Shown: positions 1 to 9,560 of the stretch, piece after piece
Layout: each line of letters starts with the position of its first letter
How positions within the stretch are numbered: the stretch's first letter is position 1
Assembly (NCBI GenBank): GCA_910586565.1
Contig: CAJUIT010000012.1
Coordinates: forward strand, 7,768 to 71,767
Source: an uncultured Muribaculaceae bacterium
Lineage (GTDB): Bacteria; Bacteroidota; Bacteroidia; Bacteroidales; Muribaculaceae
Direction of reading: 5' to 3'
DNA length: 64,000 bases
Translations under genes and position numbers: made by a program
Notes under the pieces: model-generated
Told to the model about the DNA's origin: nothing
What the model saw: only the letters and a program-made list of their open reading frames with translations
Databases searched by the model: none

Positions 1-1
1 T

Positions 2-2143
2 ATGACAAAATCATTATCAATCACAGCAATGGCACTTGTTACAACAGCAGCCATCACAGGATGCGCAGGTTCAAAATACCCCAAAGCGCCATCTGACAAC
101 ACTGTTGACGAATATTTCGGCGTGAAAGTGGCCGACCCCTACCGCCCGCTTGAAAACGACACCTCGGCAACAACCCTCAAATGGGTGGAGGAGCAACGAG
201 CCCTCACCGAGGATTATCTCGCCGCCATCCCGTTCAGAGGTGCGCTGCGCAACCGCATTGCCCGTTTCAACAACTATGTGAAGCAGGGCGCTCCCTGGAA
301 AGGTGCCGACGGCCGCTACTACTATTTCAAAAACGACGGATTGAAAAACCAGTCGGTTCTCTACCGCACCGACGACCTTGCTAAAGAGGGTGACGTGTTC
401 CTCGACCCCAACACCCTGTCGGACGACGGTACTGTGGCACTCACAGGCATCTCCATGTCGAACAACGGCAAACAGATGGCCTACACCATCTCACGCAGCG
501 GCTCTGACTGGACCGAGATTTTTGTGGTTGACACCGAAACCGGCAAATTGCTCGACGACCACATTGAATGGGCCAAATTCACCGATGCCGCATGGTGGAA
601 AGACGGCTTTTTCTACAGCGCCTACGACCGTCCCGAAGCCGGCAAGGAATTTTCCAACGCCAACGAAAACCACCGCATCTACTATCACCGCCTCGGCACT
701 CCGCAAACCGATGACAAGGTGGTGTTTGAAGATAAGGAAAATCCGCTCCACTTCCACACCGCCTTCGTGCCCGACAATGAGAAATATATTTTCGTGTCGG
801 TAGGTGGTCAGGGATTCGGCGAAGGGCTGCTCATGAAAGACCTCACCAACGAAAATGCCGAATGGATAACCATCGAACCCTCGCAGGATTTCGCCAACAG
901 CGTTATCGATGTGATTGGCGACGACATCTACATTCTCACTTCGGCCGACGCCCAGCGCAACCGCATTGTGAAAGTTTCGGCAAAGAATCCTCAGCGTGCC
1001 AATTGGCAAACCGTTGTTCCCGAAGCCGAAGGGGTGCTCTCGTCGGCAACCCGCTCGGGCAACGACCTTGTGCTCAACTATGAGAAAGATGCTTCGGCTC
1101 ACCCGGCCATCTATTCCCTCTCGGGCACAAAACTCACCGACATCACTCTCCCCACCTACGGCACCGTGGGAATTTCGGCATCGGCTAAAAACGATGATAT
1201 TTTCTACACATTCTCATCATTCCTCTACCCCGCAAGCATCTACCGCTTCGACAAGAAAACCGGCGAGAGCACCCTGGTGGCCACTCCCGAAATTGAGGGT
1301 TTCAACGCTGCCGACTACGTGACCGAACAGGTGTTCTACCCCTCGGCCGACGGCACAAAGATTCCCATGTTCATAACCTACAAGAAAGGGCTTGAACGCA
1401 ACGGTGAGAATCCCGTTTACCTCTACGGCTACGGAGGCTTTGACATCTCCCTTCCCCCCTCCTTCTCCCCCAACCGACTGGTGTGGCTTGAGAATGGCGG
1501 CATCTACGCACAGGCCAACCTGCGCGGCGGCGGCGAATATGGCGAGGCATGGCACGAAGCCGGCACAAAAATGAAAAAGCTCAATGTGTTCAACGATTTC
1601 ATCGCCGCTGCCGAATATATGATTGGCGAAGGGTGGACATCGCCCGAACATATCGTGATTGAAGGTGGCAGCAACGGCGGTCTGCTCGTGGGTGCAGTCA
1701 CCAACATGCGCCCCGACCTCTTCAAGGTTGCAATTCCCCGTGTGGGCGTTATGGATATGATGCGCTATCACCTGTTCACCATCGGGTGGAACTGGGCTTC
1801 TGACTACGGAACAAGTGCTGACTCCCCCGAGATGGCCAACTATCTGCTCGGTTACTCGCCCGTTCACAACATAAAGAACGACGGCACACCCTACCCCGCC
1901 ATCATGGTGACCACCGCCGACCACGACGACCGCGTGGTGCCCGCCCACTCATTCAAATATGCTGCGGCATTGCAGGCTGCCAACACCGGCGATGCGCCCA
2001 AAATCATTCGCATCGACAGCAAGGCCGGCCACGGTGCAGGCAAACCGATTGCCAAGGTTATCGATGAGTATGCCGACATCTACTCGTTCATTTTCCACAA
2101 CCTCGGCATCACACCCGACACCGGCGATACCGCAGGAGAATAA
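2..2143 (+). CDS. Prolyl oligopeptidase (peptidase S9A family), exported or lipoprotein
   Basis: 713-aa ORF. N-terminal signal with lipobox-like AITGC. C-terminal alpha/beta-hydrolase half with GGSNGG nucleophile elbow, DHDDRV and GHGAG catalytic contexts typical of S9A prolyl endopeptidases. Confidence 0.9.
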   Translation: MTKSLSITAMALVTTAAITGCAGSKYPKAPSDNTVDEYFGVKVADPYRPLENDTSATTLKWVEEQRALTEDYLAAIPFRGALRNRIARFNNYVKQGAPWKGADGRYYYFKNDGLKNQSVLYRTDDLAKEGDVFLDPNTLSDDGTVALTGISMSNNGKQMAYTISRSGSDWTEIFVVDTETGKLLDDHIEWAKFTDAAWWKDGFFYSAYDRPEAGKEFSNANENHRIYYHRLGTPQTDDKVVFEDKENPLHFHTAFVPDNEKYIFVSVGGQGFGEGLLMKDLTNENAEWITIEPSQDFANSVIDVIGDDIYILTSADAQRNRIVKVSAKNPQRANWQTVVPEAEGVLSSATRSGNDLVLNYEKDASAHPAIYSLSGTKLTDITLPTYGTVGISASAKNDDIFYTFSSFLYPASIYRFDKKTGESTLVATPEIEGFNAADYVTEQVFYPSADGTKIPMFITYKKGLERNGENPVYLYGYGGFDISLPPSFSPNRLVWLENGGIYAQANLRGGGEYGEAWHEAGTKMKKLNVFNDFIAAAEYMIGEGWTSPEHIVIEGGSNGGLLVGAVTNMRPDLFKVAIPRVGVMDMMRYHLFTIGWNWASDYGTSADSPEMANYLLGYSPVHNIKNDGTPYPAIMVTTADHDDRVVPAHSFKYAAALQAANTGDAPKIIRIDSKAGHGAGKPIAKVIDEYADIYSFIFHNLGITPDTGDTAGE

Positions 2144-2176
2144 CTGCTTGTTTAACACCGAAAAAAGCAACCCGAT

Positions 2177-3115
2177 TTGCACGGATCAAAGAAACTACTG
2201 ACACTTTTCTGGCTCCCGGCGCTTCTTTCATCATGTTTCACGGGGATTGAATCAACCCCGAAGATAACGTTGAAAGATGCCGGGAGCCGGCAAAATGTAG
2301 CGGCATCGCCCGAGGATGAGCTTGCCGCCACCTTTTCGTTCGCCCCGTTCAGCCGATGGAGCGAAGGGAAACAGCTTTTCGTGACCTCGCCGCGGATATC
2401 ACTCGCGCTATCCACCCTCCCCGGCTCAACAGCTGAGATGCCCCAGATGGGGGATACCATAACCTTCGCCGGCACGCACACATCGGTGTCGCTCACCGGT
2501 GAGGAGGTGGTGGAGCTGCTTTTGGTTCCGCAACATTCGGCCGACACGCTGGTGTATCGCACCAACGCAACTGCCGCCGAACTTGAAAAACGAAGTGCCG
2601 ACGCCATTCCCTTTACTGTCGACCTCGATTTCATCAGCAACGTAGGGGAAGCCCTAAAAGGGAAAACGCTGTTTATTAAAACCCCGTTGTGGTATGACCG
2701 CTCGGGGCGTCAGGTTTCCGGCCGCAAATTCGTGGCGGTGAAAGTTGTTGAGGTTCTCCCCGCCAATGAGGTCAACCCTGCGCTGGTGGTTTTCACCGAT
2801 GATGCCGGCGCAGAACACGCCGTGTTCATGGCGCCCGGAGGTGAAAGCAAATCAACACCCCGCACATTCTCATCGCTGTTTTCATTCACCGACCCGCGCC
2901 GTGGCTATCCCGGCATAAAGGATGCTATCTGGAACGACATAGTGCACTCACGCGCAGCAGCCGGAATGACGAAAACCGAAGCCATGCTTGCGATGGGAGC
3001 TCCCACAAGCATCGACCGCGGGCACAATCACTCGGCAACCTACGAGCGATGGAGCTACCCCGACGGAGTCTATCTCATTTTCGAGGATGGATTGTTAGTG
3101 CGCTTCAACCGCTGA
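2177..3115 (+). CDS. Hypothetical lipoprotein
   Basis: 312-aa ORF 34 nt after the peptidase stop. Lipoprotein-type signal (LPALLSSC). The only in-frame start is TTG at 2177. No family recognised. Confidence 0.55.
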   Translation: MHGSKKLLTLFWLPALLSSCFTGIESTPKITLKDAGSRQNVAASPEDELAATFSFAPFSRWSEGKQLFVTSPRISLALSTLPGSTAEMPQMGDTITFAGTHTSVSLTGEEVVELLLVPQHSADTLVYRTNATAAELEKRSADAIPFTVDLDFISNVGEALKGKTLFIKTPLWYDRSGRQVSGRKFVAVKVVEVLPANEVNPALVVFTDDAGAEHAVFMAPGGESKSTPRTFSSLFSFTDPRRGYPGIKDAIWNDIVHSRAAAGMTKTEAMLAMGAPTSIDRGHNHSATYERWSYPDGVYLIFEDGLLVRFNR

Positions 3116-3170
3116 TTGCAACCAACAGTTCGCTTACGCCCTCTAAAACCGCTACTTAACGTTTCTCACT

Positions 3171-3956
3171 ATGCGACTCACTTTTTTAGGAACCGGAACC
3201 TCAACCGGAGTGCCCCAATTGCGATGTGATTGCCCGGCTTGCACTTCAACCGACCCGCGCGACCGCCGCATGCGCTGCTCGGCACTCGTTGAATGCAACA
3301 ACCGGAATCTGCTCATCGACTGCGGCCCCGATTTCCGCACACAGATGCTGTGCTACCACAAAGGTGATATCGACGCTCTGCTTGTAACTCATCACCATTA
3401 CGACCATGTGGGGGGTGCCGACGACCTCCGCCCCTATTGCCGCGGAAAAGAAGCATTCCCCATTTGGTGTCTCGCCGAAACCGCAGCCGACCTTCACAGG
3501 CGTATGCCATACTGTTTTGCAGAGAAACCCTATCCCGGGGTGCCGCGGTTTGATGTTCAGGAGCTGCAACCGCTGAAACCGGTGGATGTGTGCGGCATTG
3601 AGGTGTTGCCACTCCCCGTGAATCACTACATGCTTGAAATCGTGGGATTCAAGATAGGGCAATTAGCCTATATCACCGACGCAAAACACATCCCCGAAGA
3701 GACCATCAATGCCATCAGGGGTGTAGACACACTGGTGATAAACGCCCTGCGCAGGGAAACACATGTGTCGCACATCACTCTCGCCGAGGCATTGGAAATT
3801 ATCAAGGAAACACAACCGCGTGTGGCCTATCTCACTCACATTAGCCACGACATGGGGCTGACCGCCGATCTCGTGAAGGAATTGCCGCCGAATGTGCATC
3901 CCGCTGTCGACGGGCTCACTATCACCATCCCCGACCCTGTGAGCTCAACAAAATGA
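3171..3956 (+). CDS. MBL-fold metallo-hydrolase (PhnP/PqqB-like)
   Basis: 261 aa. Starts MRLTFLGTGTSTGVP, has CxxC pair and HHHYDH (HxHxDH) metal motif. Confidence 0.8.
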   Translation: MRLTFLGTGTSTGVPQLRCDCPACTSTDPRDRRMRCSALVECNNRNLLIDCGPDFRTQMLCYHKGDIDALLVTHHHYDHVGGADDLRPYCRGKEAFPIWCLAETAADLHRRMPYCFAEKPYPGVPRFDVQELQPLKPVDVCGIEVLPLPVNHYMLEIVGFKIGQLAYITDAKHIPEETINAIRGVDTLVINALRRETHVSHITLAEALEIIKETQPRVAYLTHISHDMGLTADLVKELPPNVHPAVDGLTITIPDPVSSTK

Positions 3957-4140
3957 AAATCGCGAAAGGGAGCAACCGCTTCAACAGATTTTAACCGCCA
4001 CTGCAACAACATTACCATTTGACCGGATGTTGTTTTGATGTAGCTGACCACTCAGTCACTCCCCGCTGTGGCTGTTAAAAACAACGGATCAACCGACTAA
4101 ACAAAACTGACACAAACACTACAATATAACTTTCGTTCTC

Positions 4141-5154
4141 ATGGAATTTTTAACTGACGAAAAACTCGTGATTGTCGGCGCCGCCGGCATGATTGGCTCC
4201 AACATGGCGCAAACTGCCATTATGATGGGCCTTACCCCTAACATCTGTCTTTACGACCCCTATGGTCCCGCCCTCGAAGGTGTGGCAGAGGAACTGCTCC
4301 ACTGCGGTTTTGAAGGGGTGAACATCACTTGGACAACCGATGTTGCCGAAGCTTTGAAAGGTGCGAAATATATCGTCAACTCAGGTGGCGCAGCCCGTAA
4401 GGCCGGCATGACCCGCGAGGATCTGCTGAAAGGGAATGCCGCCATCGCCGAACAGTTCGGTAAGGATGTGCGCACCTATTGCCCCGACGTGAAACATATC
4501 ACCGTGATTTTCAACCCTGCCGATATCACCGGCCTCATCACCCTGCTCTACTCGGGATTGAAGCCCTCGCAGGTGACCACTCTCGCAGCCCTCGACAGCA
4601 CCCGCCTGCGCAGCGAGCTTTCCAAACAGCTTGGTATCCCTGCCGACAAGATTGAGAACTGCCGCACCTACGGTGGTCACGGCGAGCAGATGGCTGTGTT
4701 CGCATCCACAACAAAAGTCGACGGCCGTCCACTCACCGAAATCATCGGCACCGAAGAACTGCCCGAAACAGAATGGGAAGCGCTCAAAACCCGCGTAATT
4801 CAGGGTGGCAAACATATCATCGACCTGCGCGGCCGCTCCTCGTTCCAAAGCCCGGCCTACGTCTCGATTGAAATGATTGCTGCCGCAATGGGTGGCAAAC
4901 CGTTCCGCTGGCCTGCCGGCGTTTATGTCAACAACGACCGTTTCAGCCACATCATGATGGCGATGGAAACCACCATCACAAAAGATGGCGTGAAGGTGAA
5001 ACCCGTCGACGGCACTCCCGCCGAAGAGAAGGAACTCGAACAGAGCTACCGCCACCTTTGCCAGCTGCGCGACGAGGTTATCGAACTCGGCGTGATGCCT
5101 CCCATCGACAAATGGGGTGAACTCAACCCCTACCTCAATGAAAAAACCTGCTGA
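4141..5154 (+). CDS. mdh: Malate dehydrogenase (LDH/MDH superfamily, long Bacteroidales type)
   Basis: 337 aa. N-terminal Rossmann motif IVGAAGMIGSN. Overall LDH/MDH-like layout. Isolated highly expressed-looking gene. Confidence 0.75.
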   Translation: MEFLTDEKLVIVGAAGMIGSNMAQTAIMMGLTPNICLYDPYGPALEGVAEELLHCGFEGVNITWTTDVAEALKGAKYIVNSGGAARKAGMTREDLLKGNAAIAEQFGKDVRTYCPDVKHITVIFNPADITGLITLLYSGLKPSQVTTLAALDSTRLRSELSKQLGIPADKIENCRTYGGHGEQMAVFASTTKVDGRPLTEIIGTEELPETEWEALKTRVIQGGKHIIDLRGRSSFQSPAYVSIEMIAAAMGGKPFRWPAGVYVNNDRFSHIMMAMETTITKDGVKVKPVDGTPAEEKELEQSYRHLCQLRDEVIELGVMPPIDKWGELNPYLNEKTC

Positions 5155-5162
5155 AAAGCACT

Positions 5163-5330
5163 CGTTGAATTAACGGAACACTAACTGCACAGCCTCCTCA
5201 TACTTCGGTAGCGAGGGGGCTTTCTTTATCGCTTTCCAGCACTTCCGGACAATCTCATCCTCCACATATTACCAAAATGCTGACGCCTCATAGTTTCAAG
5301 CCGCGAGGCCCATCCCTCCCTTATCAAAAT
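5163..5330 (-). pseudogene. Fragment duplicate of the 3-prime end of the dus gene
   Basis: 5163-5270 matches 7719-7826 (108 bp, 8 mismatches by hand). 5271-5330 continues to match 7897-7953 after a ~70-bp deletion. No intact reading frame. Confidence 0.7.
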
Positions 5331-5437
5331 GCCATAAAATTCCCCAAAAGCAAATCCACAAGCTGTACAAAACCGAATTTAAATAGAATTTTGACAACAA
5401 AATACCCGATAAGCTTGCACGGATAATTTATTGATTG

Positions 5438-5445
5438 TACTTTTG
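5438..5445 (+). promoter_or_regulatory. Bacteroidota -7 promoter box TACTTTTG
   Basis: Matches TAnnTTTG consensus, 35 nt upstream of the ATG at 5480. Confidence 0.4.
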
Positions 5446-5479
5446 CGCATTCATCACTCCCATCTTCGGGATAAAAATA

Positions 5480-7684
5480 ATGCGTATGAAAAAAATCTTT
5501 ACTCTTGCGCTTTCCGCAACACTGCTTGCCGGCACATCGTTGTCGGCAATAGCCGAAACAACCACTGCCTACGGCTACACGTGGGGCGAACGTAACAATT
5601 ATTCCTGCGGCTTCATATCATTCGATGCAAGTGCTCCGCAAACTATCAAACGTATTAAAACCATCTACAGCGATTACCACGTGTCGGCCGGCGAATACAT
5701 CGACGGAAAGCTTTACACCTTCAGAGTGGAAGTCGACGATTTCGGCAATGTTCTCCCCTATTCCTACACCATCTATGACGGCACTACCTACGCAGAGGAG
5801 AGCGACATCAAGAAATACGACGAATCGCGCGTTGTTGACATGACATTCGACTACACAACCAACACGCTATATGCGTTGGCAGAAAATGCTGTGACGAGCG
5901 GTTCGGTTGTCCCGACCAACCTCTATAGCATTGATATGGCAACCGGCAACAGAACCCTCATCGGCTCTCCCGGCGCACTAATTGCCATCGACGGGTATGG
6001 CAACCCCGACAATGACGGCCTCATCACATTGGCATGCGACGCCGAAGGGCAGCTCTATGCCATGTCGGCTTACCGATATTTTTACAAAGTTGATAAATTC
6101 ACCGGCAAAGTTACCCAGATTGGGGAACGTCATAACCTCGGCACCCGTGCCGACTTCCAGTCGATGGCATTCACCGCCGACGGAAAACTCATGTGGGCTC
6201 AGAACCATCCCAGCTACGGGCACTTTGTTGAAATAGATCTGAACACCGGAAATCCCGGAGGTTTCGTAGATTTCAAAACCGATTACGACAAACTCAACAA
6301 GCTCGGCAACGATGCACAGGTGACAGCCCTCAACTTCCGCGACCGCGAAATCAACCGCCAGGCTCTCAAGGCCGTTGACAAGCTGTCGGCTGAAGTCAAT
6401 ATTCCTGAGGTACACTCCGTTACACTTTCGTGGGAGTTGCCATCTGCCGACATCAGCGAACAGGCAGCGGCTCCAAATACCATAAAGGTTTACCGTCTGG
6501 GCACTTCTCTGCCAATTGCGGAACTTGACGGCTCGGCCACCTCTTTCACCGACACTGAAGCCCCCGACGGCACAGTGGGCTACGAAGTCATTGCCGAAAA
6601 CGAAGCAGGATTCGGCTATCCGGCATTCACTGACGTTTTCGCCGGTTTCGACATGCTCTCGGAAGTGACTGACCTAACCCTGTCGGTTGAAGGACGCACT
6701 GCAACAATAACATGGACGGCACCCACATACACCCTCAACGGAGGTTACGCCGACTATGAAAACATCACCTACAACATCTACCGCCTCCGCGGCACTACCG
6801 AGGAAATCGTCAAGTCAGGTCATGAAGATACCGAGTTCACCGAAACTATCGATGCCGACGGCAACTACAGCTATATGGTAGAACCGGTATCGGGTACCGT
6901 TGTCGGGAAGCGGGCTCAGTCGGAATCATTCCTACTGCAGTCATCAGCCTCACTGCCCTACTTCACCGGGTTCGAGGATGATGAGGATAACTCTCCCTGG
7001 AGCACTATCAACAATAACCCCAACAACCCCGGCTGGACTATCGGAAAGGAATACACCCAATATGAAGGTAAATGCGCCAAATCCTATCAGGGAGCCAAGG
7101 CCGAACCTGCCAATTGCTGGCTCATATCGCCGGCATTCAACCTCGATGCGGGACGATACACCATTGACTACTACGTGAACGGTTCGAGCTACGACACACA
7201 CTCCTACGACGTTGCTGTCGGTACAAACGCCGACGATGTGGAAAGTTTCTCACAAATGTTATACTCCATCGACGATGCCATAGAATATGATGCCAATGCC
7301 ACACCCAAGGGATGGAAACATGTTGAGCTCGAATTCAGCATCCCAACAGCTGGAACATATCACATCGGATTCCACGACCGCACACAAGCTCCTTATGGCT
7401 ACGCATCGCTCTATCTCGACAACGTGAGCATCGACAGCAAGAGCTCGTCGATAGAGAATGTCAACGCTGAATCTGAAGCTGGAATATCCATAAGCGTCGC
7501 CCGCGGCGTAATCACGGTTGCTTCTGCTTCGGCAATAGCATCTGTGGAACTCATCGACATGCAAGGTCGCACCGTAAAAGCAAGCACGACAGCCGTTCTC
7601 GATGCCACAAGCAATCGCGGTGTCTACATCGTGAGCGCCACCACCGTTGACGGAGTCCGAACCATTGCCAAAATCGCGCTCTGA
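5480..7684 (+). CDS. Secreted multi-domain protein with T9SS C-terminal sorting domain (FN3-like repeats, choice-of-anchor/MAM-like module)
   Basis: ORF-track ORF 5435-7684 trimmed to the ATG at 5480 (MRMKKIFTLALSATLLAGTSLSAIA signal peptide), because the -7 box lies inside the longer ORF. The C-terminal ~80 aa ending GVYIVSATTVDGVRTIAKIAL resemble a Por-secretion CTD. Confidence 0.8.
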   Translation: MRMKKIFTLALSATLLAGTSLSAIAETTTAYGYTWGERNNYSCGFISFDASAPQTIKRIKTIYSDYHVSAGEYIDGKLYTFRVEVDDFGNVLPYSYTIYDGTTYAEESDIKKYDESRVVDMTFDYTTNTLYALAENAVTSGSVVPTNLYSIDMATGNRTLIGSPGALIAIDGYGNPDNDGLITLACDAEGQLYAMSAYRYFYKVDKFTGKVTQIGERHNLGTRADFQSMAFTADGKLMWAQNHPSYGHFVEIDLNTGNPGGFVDFKTDYDKLNKLGNDAQVTALNFRDREINRQALKAVDKLSAEVNIPEVHSVTLSWELPSADISEQAAAPNTIKVYRLGTSLPIAELDGSATSFTDTEAPDGTVGYEVIAENEAGFGYPAFTDVFAGFDMLSEVTDLTLSVEGRTATITWTAPTYTLNGGYADYENITYNIYRLRGTTEEIVKSGHEDTEFTETIDADGNYSYMVEPVSGTVVGKRAQSESFLLQSSASLPYFTGFEDDEDNSPWSTINNNPNNPGWTIGKEYTQYEGKCAKSYQGAKAEPANCWLISPAFNLDAGRYTIDYYVNGSSYDTHSYDVAVGTNADDVESFSQMLYSIDDAIEYDANATPKGWKHVELEFSIPTAGTYHIGFHDRTQAPYGYASLYLDNVSIDSKSSSIENVNAESEAGISISVARGVITVASASAIASVELIDMQGRTVKASTTAVLDATSNRGVYIVSATTVDGVRTIAKIAL

Positions 7685-7725
7685 TTCAGGAACGGCAACT
7701 TAGCTTTAGGCAAATCCCCGTTGAA

Positions 7726-8667
7726 TTAACGGAAAACTGACTGCACAGCCTCCTCATACTTCGGTAGTGAGGAGGCTTTCTTTATCGCTTTCCAGCTCTT
7801 GCGGCCAATCTCATCCTCCATATATTCCCAGAACGGTTTGATTTTTGCGAGCACCTGCGCATCGCCGCACAAACAATCGGAATAATGGGCGTAGATGCCG
7901 GAATGCAGACGCCTCAGCGCCTCAAGCCGCTCACCGCGGCTCCATTCCCTTCCGTCGCGCCATTCGGCGATAAGTGACGGGCGGGCAAGCAGGCCACGCC
8001 CCACCATCACTCCATGCAACGCGGGATAACGCTCGAGAACCGAACTAATGTCGGCAGTAGAGCGCAAATCGCCGTTGAACACAACAGGGTGGCGGCTCTC
8101 ATTCAACACCCCCTCAAAAGCTTCGATATGCATGTCGCCGGCATATTGCTGCGCGGCTATCCTCGGATGAACCGTGATGTGCGTGAGTGGCAACCTGTTT
8201 AAAGCTTCCACAGCCGGTTTCCATTCATCGGCATCAGTCACACCTACGCGCATTTTTGCCGAAACAGCAACGCCCTCGCCAATAAGTGGCAACAGCGCCT
8301 CGAGCAGTTCGGGCCGACGGAGTAAGGCGGCCCCACGACCGTGCAACACCTGTGGCTTGAAAGGGCAACCCATGTTAATGTCGAGGCAATCATACCCGTT
8401 TTGCAACACCGCTTCCTTCAGAAGCGTGAATTCGGCCTCATCCTTGAAAATAACCTGCGGCACAACTCTGTGGTTGGCGCATAGCGGGGAGGTTATGTTG
8501 CGGATATCGCGCTGACGCACCACCCCTTTCTCCACCCTCATGAACGGGGTGAAATAGGCATCGGCACCTCCATATACTTCGGCATGGAAATGGCAAAAAG
8601 GGGCATCGGTAAAGCCCTGAAGAGGAGCTGCGAAAATCTTATATGACATAACCTGTGATAATGACAC
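7726..8667 (-). CDS. tRNA-dihydrouridine synthase family protein
   Basis: 313 aa. N-terminus KIFAAPLQGFTDAPF, DINMGCP catalytic Cys context, TIM-barrel Dus layout. Confidence 0.85.
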   Translation of the reverse strand: MSLSQVMSYKIFAAPLQGFTDAPFCHFHAEVYGGADAYFTPFMRVEKGVVRQRDIRNITSPLCANHRVVPQVIFKDEAEFTLLKEAVLQNGYDCLDINMGCPFKPQVLHGRGAALLRRPELLEALLPLIGEGVAVSAKMRVGVTDADEWKPAVEALNRLPLTHITVHPRIAAQQYAGDMHIEAFEGVLNESRHPVVFNGDLRSTADISSVLERYPALHGVMVGRGLLARPSLIAEWRDGREWSRGERLEALRRLHSGIYAHYSDCLCGDAQVLAKIKPFWEYMEDEIGRKSWKAIKKASSLPKYEEAVQSVFR

Positions 8668-8907
8668 TTATAAACGGTTCTAAAATTGTTGTCACCACAA
8701 AATTACATAAATACTTCTTCAACAGTTGAGCTCATGGCACAAGATTATTTCATCAACGAAGCTCAACCGCATCCCATTTCGCAACAGCATCAAACATTTA
8801 AGAAACTAAATATAAGTTTACCAACGAATTTATCAACAACAATAAAAGCGATATACCAAATCCATATACATTTGACATATCGCTTTTGTGATTATTTTAA
8901 TAGAAGG

Positions 8908-9294
8908 TTAATGCCTGAGTTTATCGGCGAGATTTGAAGCTGCATTGGCGCCTGATTCGAGGGTATCGGCAGTGAAATCCTTCACTTTCTCCAATATCGA
9001 AGCCCCTTTTTCGGCAGCTTTGTCTTTCAAATCGGCAGCCTTGTCGGCCAGGTCACCGGCTTTCTCCTTGGCAACCTGAGTTGCATCGGCAAGCTTCTCC
9101 TTAGCGGCAGCAGCCATGTCGGCAGCATGCTCTTTGGCACCTTCAACAGCCTGTGCAGCTTTGCTCTTCATCACTTCCATTTCCTCGCTTGCGGCCACTT
9201 TGGCTGCACCGGCACTCACACGTGCGGCATCTTTCGAGATATTAGCCGCTGCATCGGCAATCTGTTGTTTATTTACGTTGGTTTCCATAGTCAT
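8908..9294 (-). CDS. Ala/Lys/Glu-rich LEA-like or YtxH-like protein with 11-residue amphipathic repeats
   Basis: 128 aa. Has repeats KEKLADATQVA / KEKAGDLADKA / ADLKDKAAEKG. No signal peptide. Flanked by AT-rich spacers. Confidence 0.6.
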   Translation of the reverse strand: MTMETNVNKQQIADAAANISKDAARVSAGAAKVAASEEMEVMKSKAAQAVEGAKEHAADMAAAAKEKLADATQVAKEKAGDLADKAADLKDKAAEKGASILEKVKDFTADTLESGANAASNLADKLRH

Positions 9295-9495
9295 ATAATT
9301 TTTAATTGTTAAGTAGCTTTTTGGGGGTTATGTTTTAATAACAGACTGTTCAACTTAGTGGTTTACCTCTATTCCTGAAATATCCTTAACAAACGGCAGT
9401 GGGTCTGTACAAATACCAAACAATGCACATTCATCATTCTTCCGCCACGATTGCAGACTACTGATTCATAGTTTGTTTTGCACACCTTAAATTCC

Positions 9496-9503
9496 TATCT
9501 TTG
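9496..9503 (+). promoter_or_regulatory. -7 promoter box TATCTTTG
   Basis: TAnnTTTG match 58 nt upstream of the antiporter ATG. Confidence 0.4.
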
Positions 9504-9560
9504 TATAACAACATTCACACCCGAGGCAAATAAGCCTTCAAAACGGTCACTAAAGATTAC

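Noticed and set aside
8686-8937. An 83-aa plus-strand ORF in an AT-rich spacer.
   Set aside because: It has low-complexity AT-rich codons, overlaps the 3-prime end of the LEA-like gene, and has no promoter box or motif.
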